DNA of 64,000 nt from Bugula neritina. Taxonomy: Eukaryota > Animalia > Bryozoa. The translations under genes were made by a program, and so were the position numbers. A model generated the notes under the pieces. The model made no database searches, was not told where the DNA came from, and saw only the letters and a program-made list of their open reading frames with translations. The stretch is taken from the NCBI GenBank assembly GCA_964035545.1, contig OZ037767.1, forward strand, positions 3,235,680 to 3,299,679. The letters are read 5' to 3'. Below are positions 1 through 18,142 of the stretch, one piece after another (position 1 is the first letter of the stretch; each line of letters begins with the position of its first letter).

Positions 1-1061
1 ACAGTTTGCTGATGCAACTCTTATAGCATTGTCTCTTTCATTCTAAGCTTTTATGTCTTACGCTGGAAGGCTTATATGAAACTCTTAATGGCCTTCTGCT
101 CCGTAGTTTATTCTGTTTTCTTCCTGCAAACTTCAAAACCTCAAAAAAGTTTGTTGAAATTTTTGAATAAAATATCAATTAATAAGGTAATTTATAATCA
201 GTTTGTGTCATGTTGTCATTGTTTATTAAAGCACTGTCTCTCTGATATTATTAGAAGTAGAAACATTCTAGTCTAATCTCTAGGTGACGTTCTGATCTAA
301 AGTTGAGGGGAAAGTCTTGTCACAGTTATAAGTGTTTAAAATATGACAGTCTGTCACTGGAGTTGCCAATAGGACTTCAACTTCATAACTCATCCAGCAA
401 TATGGCTATATAATATATAATATGGCTATATAGTGTAATATAATATGTTACCATAGTAGCGTCTTACATCTGGGAAAGATAGTTTGAAGCACTATTAATT
501 CTACAATAGGAGATACTCTTTAGTTATGTTAGATGATTGGTTATGTAGTGCCAAGATTCAACCAATGTATTTTGATGTTTGTCTCTGTAAAAATAACGTT
601 TCCATTTTCTTTCTTTATTTGCATATTTTTTGTAGTTCGACCTTTCCATTCTCTCAATAAATTGATCTCTACTACACCACAGCCCAGAGCGGTTCCAACA
701 TACTGTAAACCTCCATGGAGAGGTCACTCTGTGAAGAAGTTGCTGAATCTAGTCAGATACACTTTTCATTGATGTCTTCAGTTACTATTGAATAGATCTC
801 AACAGTAATTTGTACTTTCTATATTTTAGATATTATGGTTGATAAGCTTATAATATTTTGAATTTAATGTAAACATTGTATATATTATTTGCTTTTACGA
901 TATTTTGAATTTTTTTATAAACAATAAATAAAGAATTCATTTCAGAGTCGGTGGTTAATTTTATGCAAATAATATATGTGAAAATTTCACCTGGACTTTT
1001 TCTCCCCTCAAAAATATGATCTATCTTGCCGGAAAGTAAAAATATATCAATTAGCATTACG

Positions 1062-1345
1062 ATGTAGTAGTGGGGCCCTAGCATACATAATATTACAGTA
1101 GTAGTGAAGCTCTAGCATACATATATATGATATATATATAATATTACAGTAGTAGTAGACCTATAGCATACATATATATGATATATATAATATTACAGTA
1201 GTAGAGCTATAGCATACATATATATGATATATATAATATTACAGTAGTAGTAGAGCTATAGCATACACATATATGATATATATATATATATAATATTACA
1301 GTAGTAGTAGAGCTATAGTATACACATATGTAATAGCACAGTAGC
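1062..1345. repeat. Minisatellite, ~50-bp unit with a variable (TA)n core
   Basis: About five copies of TAATATTACAGTAGTAGTAGAGCTATAGCATACATATATATGATATATA. Confidence 0.9.
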
Positions 1346-4300
1346 CGTAACAATTATGATTGTATTTCCTTTGAATGCTGGTCTTGTTGCAGCGTCTACA
1401 GACTAATTAGTTTTGTAATTTCTTTGCTATTGTAGCAATCAGTAAAGGTTGTTACGTTAGTAACTAAGATCTCCTGCCACTCGTTGTTACCCCTCTTTCA
1501 GCCTGTTTGTAAATTGCGTCCTAGGTTACATATACAAGCTCTAGGCTTGGCTTGCTCAGTTGTAATACATAATTGAGGTTAAATACCGTTACTTACCATT
1601 GTTTGTGAAAATTGCAATCAAAAACTCTTTTGTTCTCAGTTTAAATATCTAAATTTACTTTGAGTTAATCGACATAGATAATTTTTTTATCAAGAGCTGT
1701 TAATATTTCAATGACTCATAAGGAACTAGGTAATAAGAACAGCTAGTAAATATTAATTTAGTGACAACATTCTAGATTTGAGGTGTTAAAGCTTTGCAGT
1801 TGAAATATGAAACATATAGATAATGCTTGGGTGAGCCATTTGCAATCTGAATACTAAGTTGAAAGATTAGTTAACATAAAAGCTGGCTTCAACAACAATA
1901 ATGTAGAGGTGTGAGTTTAAGCTTATGTACTTTTAAATTTTATGAAATGTAAGTTTCCTCTAATGCGAAGGTGTGGGTCATATTGTACTCCGTTCTATGG
2001 TGACGGTGGGACCAACCCTAAGACAGCTGCTGACAGGTTTCATAATACATCTTGTATTAATAACGATTTCATTCTTAGACATACAAGGAGCAGTTACTAT
2101 CTCAATAAAACTCATGTTTAATCAAAAAAGCATTTGTGATAAAAGGATGCTAATAATCAAATATATTATATCTAATGAAACTGGGCTACTTTGATTGAAT
2201 AATACAACTTATTTGATATTTGTACACTCATGCAGCTTGTTATCTTACAGCTTTTCCTTTACTTAATAAAATACTATCTGGAAGTCCAGTGAACTGTATA
2301 GTCTGAGAATTTATAAAATTGTCATGAAATGTCGTGTCTAATTAGAAGCTCTGTTGAAGAAACTACACGGATTTTAGTTGCGTAACCGGCTGACATATCC
2401 AAGTATATTACAACAGCTCTTAATTTATTTGAAACTCCATCTCCTATGTAATTGCTGAATATTCCAGGTTCTGTATATGTTTACTATAAGCATAGCATAG
2501 AATTTAGTTTGTGAGGCGCTAAAATTGCTGATACTTATAATGATGACATTGATTAGCGAATGACATTTTTAGCAAGCTGTAATATGTCATATTATAATGT
2601 GTTATAATTGTGTGCTCAGTTTATAAGAAAAATAATTCATAGAAATCTAATTAATCAACCCAACTCTTGATTGGGCTAAAATGATTGTCACCTCTTTCCG
2701 CCTGTTGCTCGACCTGCCAAGTTTCTGTCACCAAGGGTAACCAGGTCTTATGCTAAACCTCCTTATCACGTGTAAAAGTATACAGTGATCAGACTTGTCA
2801 TCTATTCTTCCTTCTTATACCACGCTAATGTACAAAGGTAGACCTTTGGTTGGCAAGTCTGTTTAGTGTATTCACTCCTAGCGTATTGCTTGGCAATATT
2901 GAATCAAGCTTAGAAAATCTAATTTAAATTTGTGAAATGGCATTTGTTTGATCATCATATTTCAATGACGGCCAAGACAAAAGATTAGCTACAGCATAGA
3001 TTTCCATGATATATAAAGTATAGGTTATATGGAAGTTTCTATCATTTATCACTAACCAATCAACTTGGGGACACCCGGTATAATTCTCTCCACACCTGGT
3101 AGGTTCTTTATTATATTAATTAATCCGTTTATACATTACACTTTCTTGCAAATATATATTTGTATAATGAATATCTGTTTAAATATTATATGGTTACATG
3201 CAATACATCAAAAGCATAGACAAAATATATCTTAGTGTAATCAATTGCACAGTTACTATCATAGCACGATCTATAAACAGTAGTTTTTCAACTTGAATTC
3301 TCAAAATTAAAGCAATGCACTATGTGACAGTATGTTTAGTGAGTGAATTTTCAAACTACTTAACTCTTAACCCAGTACTGTTGCATATCTATAACTGGTG
3401 CTCAATATATGTTACAGTGACCCTATATAGCTATGCTGTATAATATATATGATATGGTAAAACTATGCAAAGCTATAATTTTATAAAATGTATTATATTT
3501 TTAGTTGCTATTTTAGAGCATAGTTATATGATACATGTCTCAAGTTAGATACAATATGTAGATTTATACAAGACTTTTGTAGCATTAAAATAGCAATATT
3601 TTGTAAGAATTGTTAAATTCCATATATAAAGTTATACAAGTTATAAGTAAAGCAGCCTACCTCAATTTGAAACTTTATTTACAGATTTGCTACTTACTAT
3701 CTTTTCACTCTGTATAAACCATATTATATTCTTCGGGCTAGATTATAACCAAAGCTGTAGTATCATTACTCTATACAAAATCTGAGATTGTAGGATTGTG
3801 GATGTATATTCATCTTAGTGATCTATTATACTGTGAAAGTATTAACCTATTATACTTGGTTTATATCTACTTTACTCATTTTATCAAGATCAAAGCTAAT
3901 AAAGAGACTCAACTGTCTACGTATCTACATAGTAGAAGTTATAATTCACAGCCTAAGGTTAGCTGTGACTAGTTGCAACTTCCTGAGTTATTATGAGAAA
4001 TTGCACCCAGTCCCGGCCTGCCTTTTAGCATCAGTTCTCTTCTAAGAATAGCCTGTAATCTGCAGCATAACACTTCAGCTGTAAGAAACCCAATTGCTGA
4101 AAACCCTTCCTTAAGAGGGTATACTAAGGAAATGTGTACTAAGAAGCCTATACAAATGGTGAGTGACTATTTTAAACCTGTATTCATTAGCAACTTCAGG
4201 AGTTTAATAAAAACTCAGGCCGAAAACTATTATTTTATGTTATCAATAAATTTATGCTCTAAAAATGTTACAAGATTTACACAAGTATATCTTTTGCTTT

Positions 4301-6796
4301 TGAATTTTTAACAATTTTTCTTAACTTCGAAAAGATGAAGAGGTTTTGATTAACCAAGTTTTTATTTTGCAGAATTGTGGTTTTTAATTAATAAATTTTG
4401 CTTTTGTGATAAAACAAAGCATCTCTTTCTGAAATTTCTTTATTCCGGCTTTGAATTTTTTTCTCTAACATACAGTATGAGATTCCCACTTACTTGATTT
4501 AATTAAGTGATTTGTGGCTTCAAAAAATATTGAAGTTCACAAAGTTCCAGCAGCTGATCCCTTTGTATATTTACACTGGATTTTGTTATCAATTTCATAG
4601 ATTTCTACAAATAATATATGATATAAACACCCTTTGCATAATGTTGTACTTCTCCAAACCCCAATCATTCCTTTACTTTTCAAAGACTTTTTGGAATCTG
4701 ATGTAAATACAGACATACGTTAGAACTTGTCCCAGTCATTAGTCAAGGTTGTATACTTCACATCTACATCCAAATGCTTCCATTTAACTTTCTGTTTTGT
4801 GACAGAGAGGTAGTGAGAGGTTTGGGAGCATAGCATCAAAGAGACCAGGTGAATAGTCATGTTTTATCTGAACAAATTGGAAAAGTATCTCAACATAGGA
4901 CTCCAAAATGAAAAAATATCATAAAACATGTTATGGCAAGTGGAAATAGATCTCGACTAATGCCCATTCATATATATATATATATCTGGCAGTTGCATCT
5001 CATATGACTTTGGTTTGTTCATTATTGCAATTTTAAGTTCCCTATCTACTATATAACGTTGATATTTCTTTTAGCTATCAAGCAAGCTTACAGTCCATAA
5101 GACTGCAAAAAACTTATAAATATAACACAGCTCAGTAAAAAGCAACATAATTGAATTTGTATACTATTGTACTTATACATAATACCATTTTGTCATATGA
5201 ATACTTATAACAATTGGATTCCCAGTCATGCATAGCTAGCATATAGTCTTGAGCTACTCCATTTTAGTTCTTTTTTGTTATTAATAAATACGTTGTATAT
5301 ATGCCACAAAGCATAAACCTGCAAATGTGTACAAGCAGTTGGGTAGAGTTTCTAAAATTTATACTTCCGAACTATATTCCTTTAGACTATGTTTTCAACT
5401 TGTGCTAAAGGGGACTATTGCATCATCTCTCGTAGACAGCTTAGATACCAGTTTTATAGAACTTGAGGCTATACATTTGATAAAGTTGCTGTGTTCAGCT
5501 GAATGTTATTTACCTTATCACTGATTGCTAATCTACAGCTAGTGTTGGACATGTACTAGATTTAAAATTAAACCAGCTAAGTAGTTTACCTGTAACCTAG
5601 CAACCGCACAATGGTTGACATTTGAAACGCTGGCTTGGTTAAACTTGTATCGGCATTTAGCATCATTATGCTCTAAGCTTTATATAAATAATATACAACT
5701 TTTCAAACTATGTTGACGTCCGATTTCTACATTGAAGTCACCACCCCTTGTTTTCTTTGACTAGCAAGTTTAGTGTTCAATGCATTTTACTCCATGATTA
5801 ACTGCATGACCATTCACTCTGTTTGGTTACGAAACTAAAGACTCCAACAGCTCAGATAACTATAGCTACTAATATAATACATGAATCAGTGTTGGTAGCC
5901 TAATAAAATCATGCAAAATCATTATAGAATATGAATAGTATTTATAAAATATAACCAGGAGTTGGTAAGAAACAATTTTATCTCAAAAATTTTAATAATT
6001 GTTGATTATTTTTATTTGAAGTGTATGAACGTTATTTCTCCAATAAAAGACAACTAGCTTTAAATTAGTTTTAAAAGTTTATATAATAAAACTGCATCTG
6101 GCATTTAAAGTGTGCATGCTGATACACTTATAATCATCCTATTCAGTCACCCACTTTTAATATTTAATTCTACACCAATATTTATTGTTAAATTCTGTAA
6201 GTAACATTAAGTTGTTGTATTTTAATGAGAGGTTATGTCGTGTTATGCTGTCATTTAAAAGTGAACATAGCAAAAATTTCTCAGGAACATATTATTAGCT
6301 ATGAAGAAATTTTAGTTTGACAGTTCAACTATAGTGATGTATTTAATGAACTGATACAGGTTATTCAGGTTCTGTTATCATAATGAACAGTAAGATGATT
6401 ATATTACCTAGTAAATTGATAATAAGCATGCAGGATAAAAAGGAAGGACAACCGCAATGGATAATCATCACTTACTCTATAGCATTGACGTCAGTTTATA
6501 TATATATATATATATATCAAGTAAAGCCACACAGATGTAGAAAAGAGCTAACAAAACATATATGAAATATTTTATTCGTGTCAACAACATTTCTTTGTTA
6601 TGTGTACAATAATTATAATTACAATATTTTTATCAAGAATAAATTGAAATATTTAAGTTGGTTGTTTAAAAACAAGTAAAATTTTTTTATAAAAAAAATA
6701 TAAATCACTTTTCTTAGTCTTGTATGAGGAAGACAACTCCTTCATGTTTTAGATACCATAAACAAAATATTCAACTTATGATTTTATCATATTCAG

Positions 6797-10145
<3,349 letters not shown>

Positions 10146-10534
10146 GTTAGACCTGTCACTAATACCAATCAGTGAAAACGACCATCATATTCTTTTAAAG
10201 AAAGCAATGCCTAATGTTACTGTAAATTTAATTTTGCCTAGTTTTATCTTATCAGCATTGTTGTTTGATAGTCGTGACATTTTCTATCAGGTAGAGATTG
10301 ATATTTACTCTATATTAAACACTTAGGATCATGGTTGTAGGTTGTAATGCTATTGATAAAGCAATATTAAAATAGCATCTGGTGTATATACATGTACTTG
10401 TACCAGCTGAATCTTGTTACAGTTATTGCAGTACTACTGTAGGCTTGTGCGCAGGAGTTATCTTATCATTGTGTAAACTAAGAACGAGTAGCCAGGTGGA
10501 AACTCACTCAATATGTGCAAGGTTGGCCTTCACT

Positions 10535-10746
10535 ATGATATTGCATATTGCACTATATTATATTATACTGTATTATATTATAGCATGTTATGTTATATTA
10601 TATTGTATTATACTATATTTTAGTATGTTGTATTTTATTATATTTTATTTTATTCTCTTCTATTATATTATTATGTTTTATTAAATTTTGTATATTATAC
10701 TATATTGTGCTATGCTATGTTATGTTATATTACATTGTATTACATT
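10535..10746. repeat. Degenerate (TATTA)n pentamer repeat between the GPCR paralogs
   Basis: TATTA/TGTTA/TACTA units with period 5. Confidence 0.8.
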
Positions 10747-11311
10747 TTAAAAAAAGACATGTTTTAAATCACAGCTTTGTTATCACTGTCAGTTATTATT
10801 CACATTATAAAAAAATAGGACAACTTCAAGTTTTATATACTCAGTTAAACTTTGTATATTTTCCATTGTGAGAAAATATATTTTTAATACCGATTGTCAT
10901 ATATTATGTTTGTATGTTGCGGTTTCCTAAATTATTTTCAAGTTACCATGATCGTAAGATAATACAACAGCATTAGGTTAAGCAAACTTGACTCATGGTT
11001 AAAAAATATCAGGGAGGGATAACTGGTACAAAATGTTTATAAAGCTGCATAAGTTTGCCTAGAGTTATATGGAGTTATGCCCTCTGTTAATGTTAAAAAC
11101 ATATATTTATAATTCTTAATAACATATATTTTTAAATTCAATAAGACAAGTTAAAAATGTAAAAAGAGTAAAAAATTTAATATTGTTTCAGAAAGTTAAT
11201 TTATAATATATACATTATTTGATATCCTGAACTATAATGAGACAAGAAATGACAACTCCATACTACAACACTCGTACAACAAGCATTCCTTATATAAAAT
11301 TTAATATAAAT

Positions 11312-14300
11312 CTAAAAAGTGTATTTATCTGAAACTTTACAACAGCATCTTTTAAAAAATCTTTTGTAAGCTTTTCTATGAGTACTGTTCATAACAGCAT
11401 ACAGGAGCACATTGAAAGCTGAGTTTAAATAGAGGAATGTAACATAGATATGATAACTCCTAGCTGGTTGTGTATTCTGAATATCCACAGCAAATTGCAA
11501 CACAATGGGAGTCCAGCAAGCTATCAAAACCATGTATATTGTGATCATGTTTGCCACTGCCAAACACCGCTTGCGCCATTGCGGTCTCCTCAACTTCAAC
11601 TTTAGAGACTTGTACGGAAGAGGAATGCATGAGGATCGTCTTCTCCTATTTGCAGCATAAGATTCCAAATCTGTAAAATAATTATTTCTAAATGAAAGTT
11701 GCTAAAATGTGTTTGGGATTTTATATGAAATTAGTTTGAATACAACTGCTGTTGAAATGTTAACATATAATATTTCATCGATTTCCATCTAACTTTATCT
11801 CAATTCTTATAAAATTAATCTGAGTTTGATATTTTCTAAATCAAGTTTATTGAAGCTGTTCTCAATTCAGAGAGGTTTTATTGCTGTGTTCAAGAATAGT
11901 AAATTGCTCTTTAAAATAAAATATTAAAATTATAGCCATTATAATGATTAACATTTTAGTTTGATCAGCACCATATTCCAGGTGTGTTGTGAAGTATGAT
12001 CTTGTATTTCATTCTCATTATCTGAAACCATCTGCAAGGTTTGCGTTTGATTAAAGAGTTTATGACTTTTTAAAAGCACTTCAACAGCGTTATCTGTTCA
12101 AATCATTGATTTATCCCCCAGGTCACTTTAACTATAATAATATAGTATTTCTGGGAACAATTATATGCTTGTATGTGTAGTGCCACGTGTTATACTATAA
12201 TACAGTAACACATTTATTATATTATGCGTGTTTTATGTTTCAAAAGTATATAGGAATATGTATATAATGTGTGAAGTTACATAGTTGTCTCTATAGTTGA
12301 TTATGTTGGAAGTTCTTTACTTACTCAAGATTTTGTCGTACCACAATAAAGTTTGGGACTTGCTGAATCTGTTTTGTCAGTAAACTTTCTCATTAACAAA
12401 AACAAATTAATATTTTATAATAAAGATAACAAATACTTTAATTGCACTTAGGCGTGACATCTTTGTTTTCTTGGATATTGCAGTTTTTTCACCTACAGGG
12501 TACAAGGCCCTCTGTTAATTTGTAACTTTAACAAATTTCTAAGGAGATAAGAAATCTCTCAACTTACCATTGTCATCCATTGTCAACTGAGAGTTCAGAG
12601 ATGGTCTTTCCTTTGTCTTCAGTGCGATATACTCTTCTAGTTTAGTTGGTATTACATCTTTAGCCTTCGAAGATTCTAGAACATTCACAAGTGATACAAA
12701 CATCAGAAGTATTACTGATTATATTGTGGCATATTGGAGAGTAACTATCATCAGCCTCTGAATATCTTCCAGTAGTTCTTTTGAGCAGCAAAATTTGTCA
12801 ATCAAATGTTTTATCTTCTTTAATTATATGTTTTTTTCTACTTTACTATACGGAATATAGGAAGAAAGCAAGTACATTTTAAATTTCTGCTACAAGGCCA
12901 ATTTAGTTAAATTATATTATGTATGCTTTATGAAAAAAGATAAAACAGTGAATGATTTTGGTTGGTTTGTTAAATATCAAAGAAAAATTGCTATTAAGCG
13001 TAGAGAAACAGCAAAAGAAAATCTCTTTTGTATGAAACCAATAACTGCTCACCTTGACTGTCATAAAACAGTTAAAAACAGAAAGAGCTGCTGTACTATT
13101 ATTATTGCTTTTGTAATATTTGAAGTTTAAAGCAGGTCACATTTAGTTTGCAAAAAATGCTTGTTAACAGAAAATGTGATAAAAATCCCTTGCAGGGCAG
13201 AAACTGGTGTTAGACTTAAATTGTATATGTATATGGCTAAATGTGTTTCCATGCAAAAGGCAAGTATATAAAATTCTGTAACAAACAAACCTCCATGATT
13301 TAGAGATATTCTACGGAGAGCAGCCATATGTTCGGCTGTTGGTAGACCATCTTCGCTCTCATCCTCACTGTCAAACTCACACCCCAGATCGTCATCTTCT
13401 TCAGTTAAATGCTCAAAGTTGATATCCGACAAGTCCACCACTACTCCGCTGTCTGTCTGTTCCTCCAATCTTGTCGAGATCTCCGAGAATGCCCTTGACC
13501 TCAGGGTGTCTCTCCTTTTTATTTTTCTACGTACTTTTACTAGTTTATAGATAATGTTGATGTAACAGAATCCGATGCAAATGCTTTGAGGGATAAAAAG
13601 AAGGATTGTCAAAAACACGCTGAAATAGATGTAGTTGGCGTAGCAGTAGGAAAGAAACAAGCAGGTGCCAAACTTCTCATTGAATCCATACTGGCCAAAT
13701 CCTGCCTCTGGTGGAATAACTATGATCAGCAATAGCCACACCCAGGACTACAAAAGAGGGGACAAATCTATTGTAATTTGAAAAGAATTCAGGTGGACTA
13801 TTGGAATCCAATAAAGTACATATATCACAACTGCAGAAATAAATTTTTTAGCTTTAGTATATATAAATTTCATTGGCTTTTAATCTGTGACTTCTGTGAA
13901 ATATTAACAAAAATAAGATTAATTGGTCTTGGCATACAAGTCAATGAGATGACAACTAACATTTTTCCAAATGTTACATAGAAATAATTTCAGATAAAAA
14001 TATGGTGTGGACATTTAAGTGGTGCAACTGATTAAAAATGACCACGAGAAATGCATTCAGAATAGCATAGAAAAAACAAGCAGATAGAACGGGTGTTGAA
14101 GTGTAGCTAAGCGATGAACAAATAATATAGTGAGTAGATGAATTGTAGCATTATTAAAAAAATAATCTAAAAGTTGAATGTCTCAGACTATAAATGAATA
14201 ATGGTATATTAGGGTCCTACCCTATGCATGTTGTAGAATAATTAGCAATGAGCATGTATGAATAGCAGTTGGAAAAATATTAGAGTTTAAAAATAGAGCT

Positions 14301-16101
14301 ATAGGCTGGGGTGAGACGAGGGGTGAGATAGGACTAAAGGGAGAGAGGTAGGAGATAGGAAACATATATATGAAGTATGATACCAATACACACCAGATAG
14401 TTTACAACTCCTAAAATTAGAAAAGTAAATACACAAGTGACTACACAAATAGATATTTAGTAATTAATATGTACGTATAAGTAGCTATAGGTAGAAAATA
14501 TATATTGAAATGTATGCGCATGATTGGTTATAATTTTTTGCTAAGAGTATGTATCATAGGCCATGCACAGAATAGAGGTCAAAGTATAAGCTTGCAGGTG
14601 ACTAAATATAGGTCACACTGTATCTTGCTCATTGGTCACAGTATGTTATAGGTCACAGTGCATAATTTAAATTCTGTGAATAAACATGTAATTTAGCACA
14701 TATACTTACAGCAAGAATGCTAATTATAAACTTCTTTTTAGAAAAAAGTTTGTTGTACAGCCGCCTTCCTTTGATGATTAGAATGTACCTGTTGACCGCC
14801 ACCAACATCATAGACAGAAGAGAAGCAGATATGCTCATCACTGTTATGTAACCTATAAACACAGACAAATCTCTGCTTCATCACACAATAGTCACAAGAT
14901 GGCAATAAATTAATAAACCCACTTTGGTACAATTGTTGTGAAAACATTTTGTGAGTAAATCTGTTAGAAGTAGTTTGATCTTCTACTTTGGATCTGCTAA
15001 CAAATTGTGGTGCTTAAATTTTCTAGCAGTTTTTGAGTTGTGGGTGAGATTGAAACTTGGCTAGTAGGTAAACGATAAGCAAGTTATTTCTACAACGTTA
15101 AATTGAAGCTGATCAAAATCTATTTCAACTATGATGAAAGGTATTGTTACATGTTGTCAACAGGCAGATTTTTGCAACATAGCAAGCAGCTTTTAAAATA
15201 AATGAAATTAAAATAATATAAACTGAATTCATTGCTTTTAGTATTTCAGTACTAGCTGCACAAACACAGCATTATCTCCCGGCAAATTGTGTGTTTAGAT
15301 TAAAGAAGTATAAGCAACAATGTCCCAACTTTGTACTAAAACAGTATCAAAACTACCTTCACTAGTGCAAAAAAAACCTATTATGCTTGTGCCTAGTTGC
15401 TGTATCTGCGCCATTTTGTAACTCACACTGATATTCTCAAAACCCATTTTACCAAGCAGGTTTTGTAAACAAAATTATTTATTAAAACCTTTATTGAACC
15501 TATACGTGGCTAATTAGCCATAATTAGTGTATAATATACATTATAACACAACAGTATATATTGCAACATTAAAAAAACAATTAAGCTTGTGCTATTCAAA
15601 ATTTAAATTTCGTGGCTACAGTATTATGTGGTATATTGTAGGGCTAGTTTTTTAAAACAGGCACAAGTATGTATCTTGGTGTTTATGTCACACAAAGATT
15701 AATTAGCCCATTGCTAGCAGTCCATATCACTTTAATATTGGAGGAAGGAAGTTTAACAGAACTTAAACAAGTGACTTACCAACAGCTTTGCACAGCGTTT
15801 CATTCATAGGGCTCTGTAACACTAGTAACTGCATGTCAGAAACTACTATACAGATACATATTAGAAGATCTACGAAAGCAAGATGGCCGATATACAAATT
15901 AGGAATAGTGTGTAGTTTCCTGTTTGTTGTTATAACAACCAGAGATAGAAGATTTCCTATAGTGCCGAACCCACAAATAGTAAGCTGCAAGATTGAGATA
16001 GAACGTATAAAAGAATCTTCTAGATTATCCAGGTGACTAAAGTTTTCTGGTCTTTCGATTGTTCTGTCGAGTAGAGTGCAGACGTCAGACAGATTATCCA
16101 T
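11312..16101 (-). CDS. Class A GPCR, melatonin-receptor-like, paralog 2 (~462 aa, at least 5 exons)
   Basis: Exons (minus) 16101-15780, 14852-14710, 13747-13291, 12675-12568, 11670-11312; 1389 nt. Exons 1, 2 and last are the same length as in paralog 1 (322/143/359 nt). Motifs GTIGNLL, LAFVDL, VAVNRY, CWTP, NSAFNVLLY. Extra ICL3 exons are possible between 11.9 and 12.5 kb. Confidence 0.88.
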
Positions 16102-16641
16102 TTCCTGTCTGCTAGTTTGCTGTAAAACTGATGCAATGTAGTCTCGCTGTAAGCCAACAACTACATCTATAGTTTGTTCCTCACCAAATCTTTCCCATAC
16201 CAATAAAGTGCAAACACCGTAGAATAAATTACTCAGTTTATAAGCTGTTTAAAGACATGAGTCGGTGATTGAAAATGCCTTCCTAGTTGAAGTATAGTGC
16301 CTGTGTGTTTGCACTGCAAGATATAAACTTTGATGGTTGTTTGCACGAAGTTTATGATATTACGCTGCTGAGATAAAAGGTACAAGCAAAGTGTTTATTA
16401 AGCGATTGTGTTAGTGTGATTAACAACTACGCGTGTAATCTTGAAACACCATATGAGAGCTATAATCATGGAAGGCATGCATGCATACTGCAGATCACTA
16501 TAAAATATATAAACCATATACAACTATTGAGCAAATGATGACAACTGCACCTTATAAAAGTATAACACTAGTAGTATAGTATCAACCATAAATTGTTTTA
16601 ATAATTATAGTGTTTATAGTTTTAATTACATAGATTATAGT

Positions 16642-16811
<170 letters not shown>

Positions 16812-18118
16812 TGTACCGATGCATAGATGCCTAAAAATTATAATTCAAATTTACAGAAACCAGAAACAACCATATATACCACATCTATGTTTGGTGCCAG
16901 AAAAATATATAACTTTATTGTTTGCATTTAGACAAGAAAAATATTTCTGCTTGAGCCACTTTTTGATCACTGAACCTTCTCACATAATGTAATTATATGT
17001 TATGTAATATATATCATATATAACATAATTATACATATCTTCTCTGGATTATTAACAATATTTTACTAAATTAATTACTCTTACTAATAATCAATATTAA
17101 TATTCAGAGTAGACTAAAATATATCTTTAAATAGAACACATCTACCTAATTCACCAATCAGTGTACACAGAAGAGTTTTGGAAAATCCATACAAGTGAAC
17201 CCATCATATTGCAACAGACTTGAGAGTATATTGAGAGTGAATTGATCTTCTTAATTTTCCATATAATGCTGTGTTGTGTACATGTATATACATCCTAAAT
17301 ATATAACTTTATCAAGATGTTACTTTGCAACATAAAGATTGTACATAGAGAAGAAAGAAAGGTAAAAAACTAACATACTTTTATTTAGTGATTATAATGT
17401 CGCTTGATCATTTGCAGTCTTAAAATTAATTGTTGAAAAATTGTTATTTAGCAATATCTTAACGCAAGAACCATTGCCAGTATTTGATTTGCATGGGTAT
17501 AAAAGTGCTACAAGGATAAGTGTTAATGCCTAATTAAATCAAATTGCATGTCTCAAACAATGAAGCATAATAAAATAAATAAGAATTACCAACTAGCACT
17601 CTCATTTTGGTGTAGACTGTAGATGTACAATTATTTGCTAATTTTCTTAAAATAAACATAAAGCAATATTTATACAAAATTTGCTTTGAAAACTTAATTT
17701 GCTGTTAAAGAGCAACCTTTTGTCATTTGTATCTTGACTTACTTATATTGAAAAATAGATTATTATAATAATTTTGTGTATAAATTAATATATTATACTG
17801 TTTGATTACTGTTCATCAATTTTCTATATTATTTTATACAAGTCCTAATTATAATAGGTATATTACTAAGTTACAACAGATATTATCGCATTCTATCATT
17901 ATATAGCTGCAATTATTGCAGAATTATATGTGGTAACTTAAGCAACATACATATACAATATTGTGTGAAGTCATATTACAAGCAGGCATAATTTCTTTTT
18001 GTTGTTGTTTTAGGAGTTGTGTGCTAATGTATGTTTTCCTACCTTGTTGAAAGTTCCGCCCATTTAGCTTGTGTTTGAAATGACAGTGAAATATTGCTTA
18101 CACTATGACTATCAGACT

Positions 18119-18142
18119 AGTTTCGGTTTCACTTTCATTTTC
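18119..18142. promoter_or_regulatory. ISRE/IRF-like element (four tandem GAAA cores)
   Basis: AGTTTCGGTTTCACTTTCATTTTC matches the consensus AGTTTCNNTTTC and lies in the divergent region between GPCR paralog 2 and WDR62/MAPKBP1. Sequence match only. Confidence 0.4.

Noticed and set aside
524-772. Overlapping short ORFs on both strands near the window start
   Set aside because: No recognisable homology, and they could not be linked into a spliced model.
2000-6500. Scattered 60-75 aa ORFs, also 62-64 kb
   Set aside because: AT-rich intergenic sequence with no motifs or consistent splice chains.
10382-10871. Tyr/Ile-rich hydrophobic ORFs
   Set aside because: Products of the (TATTA)n repeat; no splice or homology support.
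16102-16203. Longer N-terminus for GPCR2 suggested by the ORF track
   Set aside because: It starts at TTG; the ATG at 16101 gives a first exon of exactly the same length as paralog 1.
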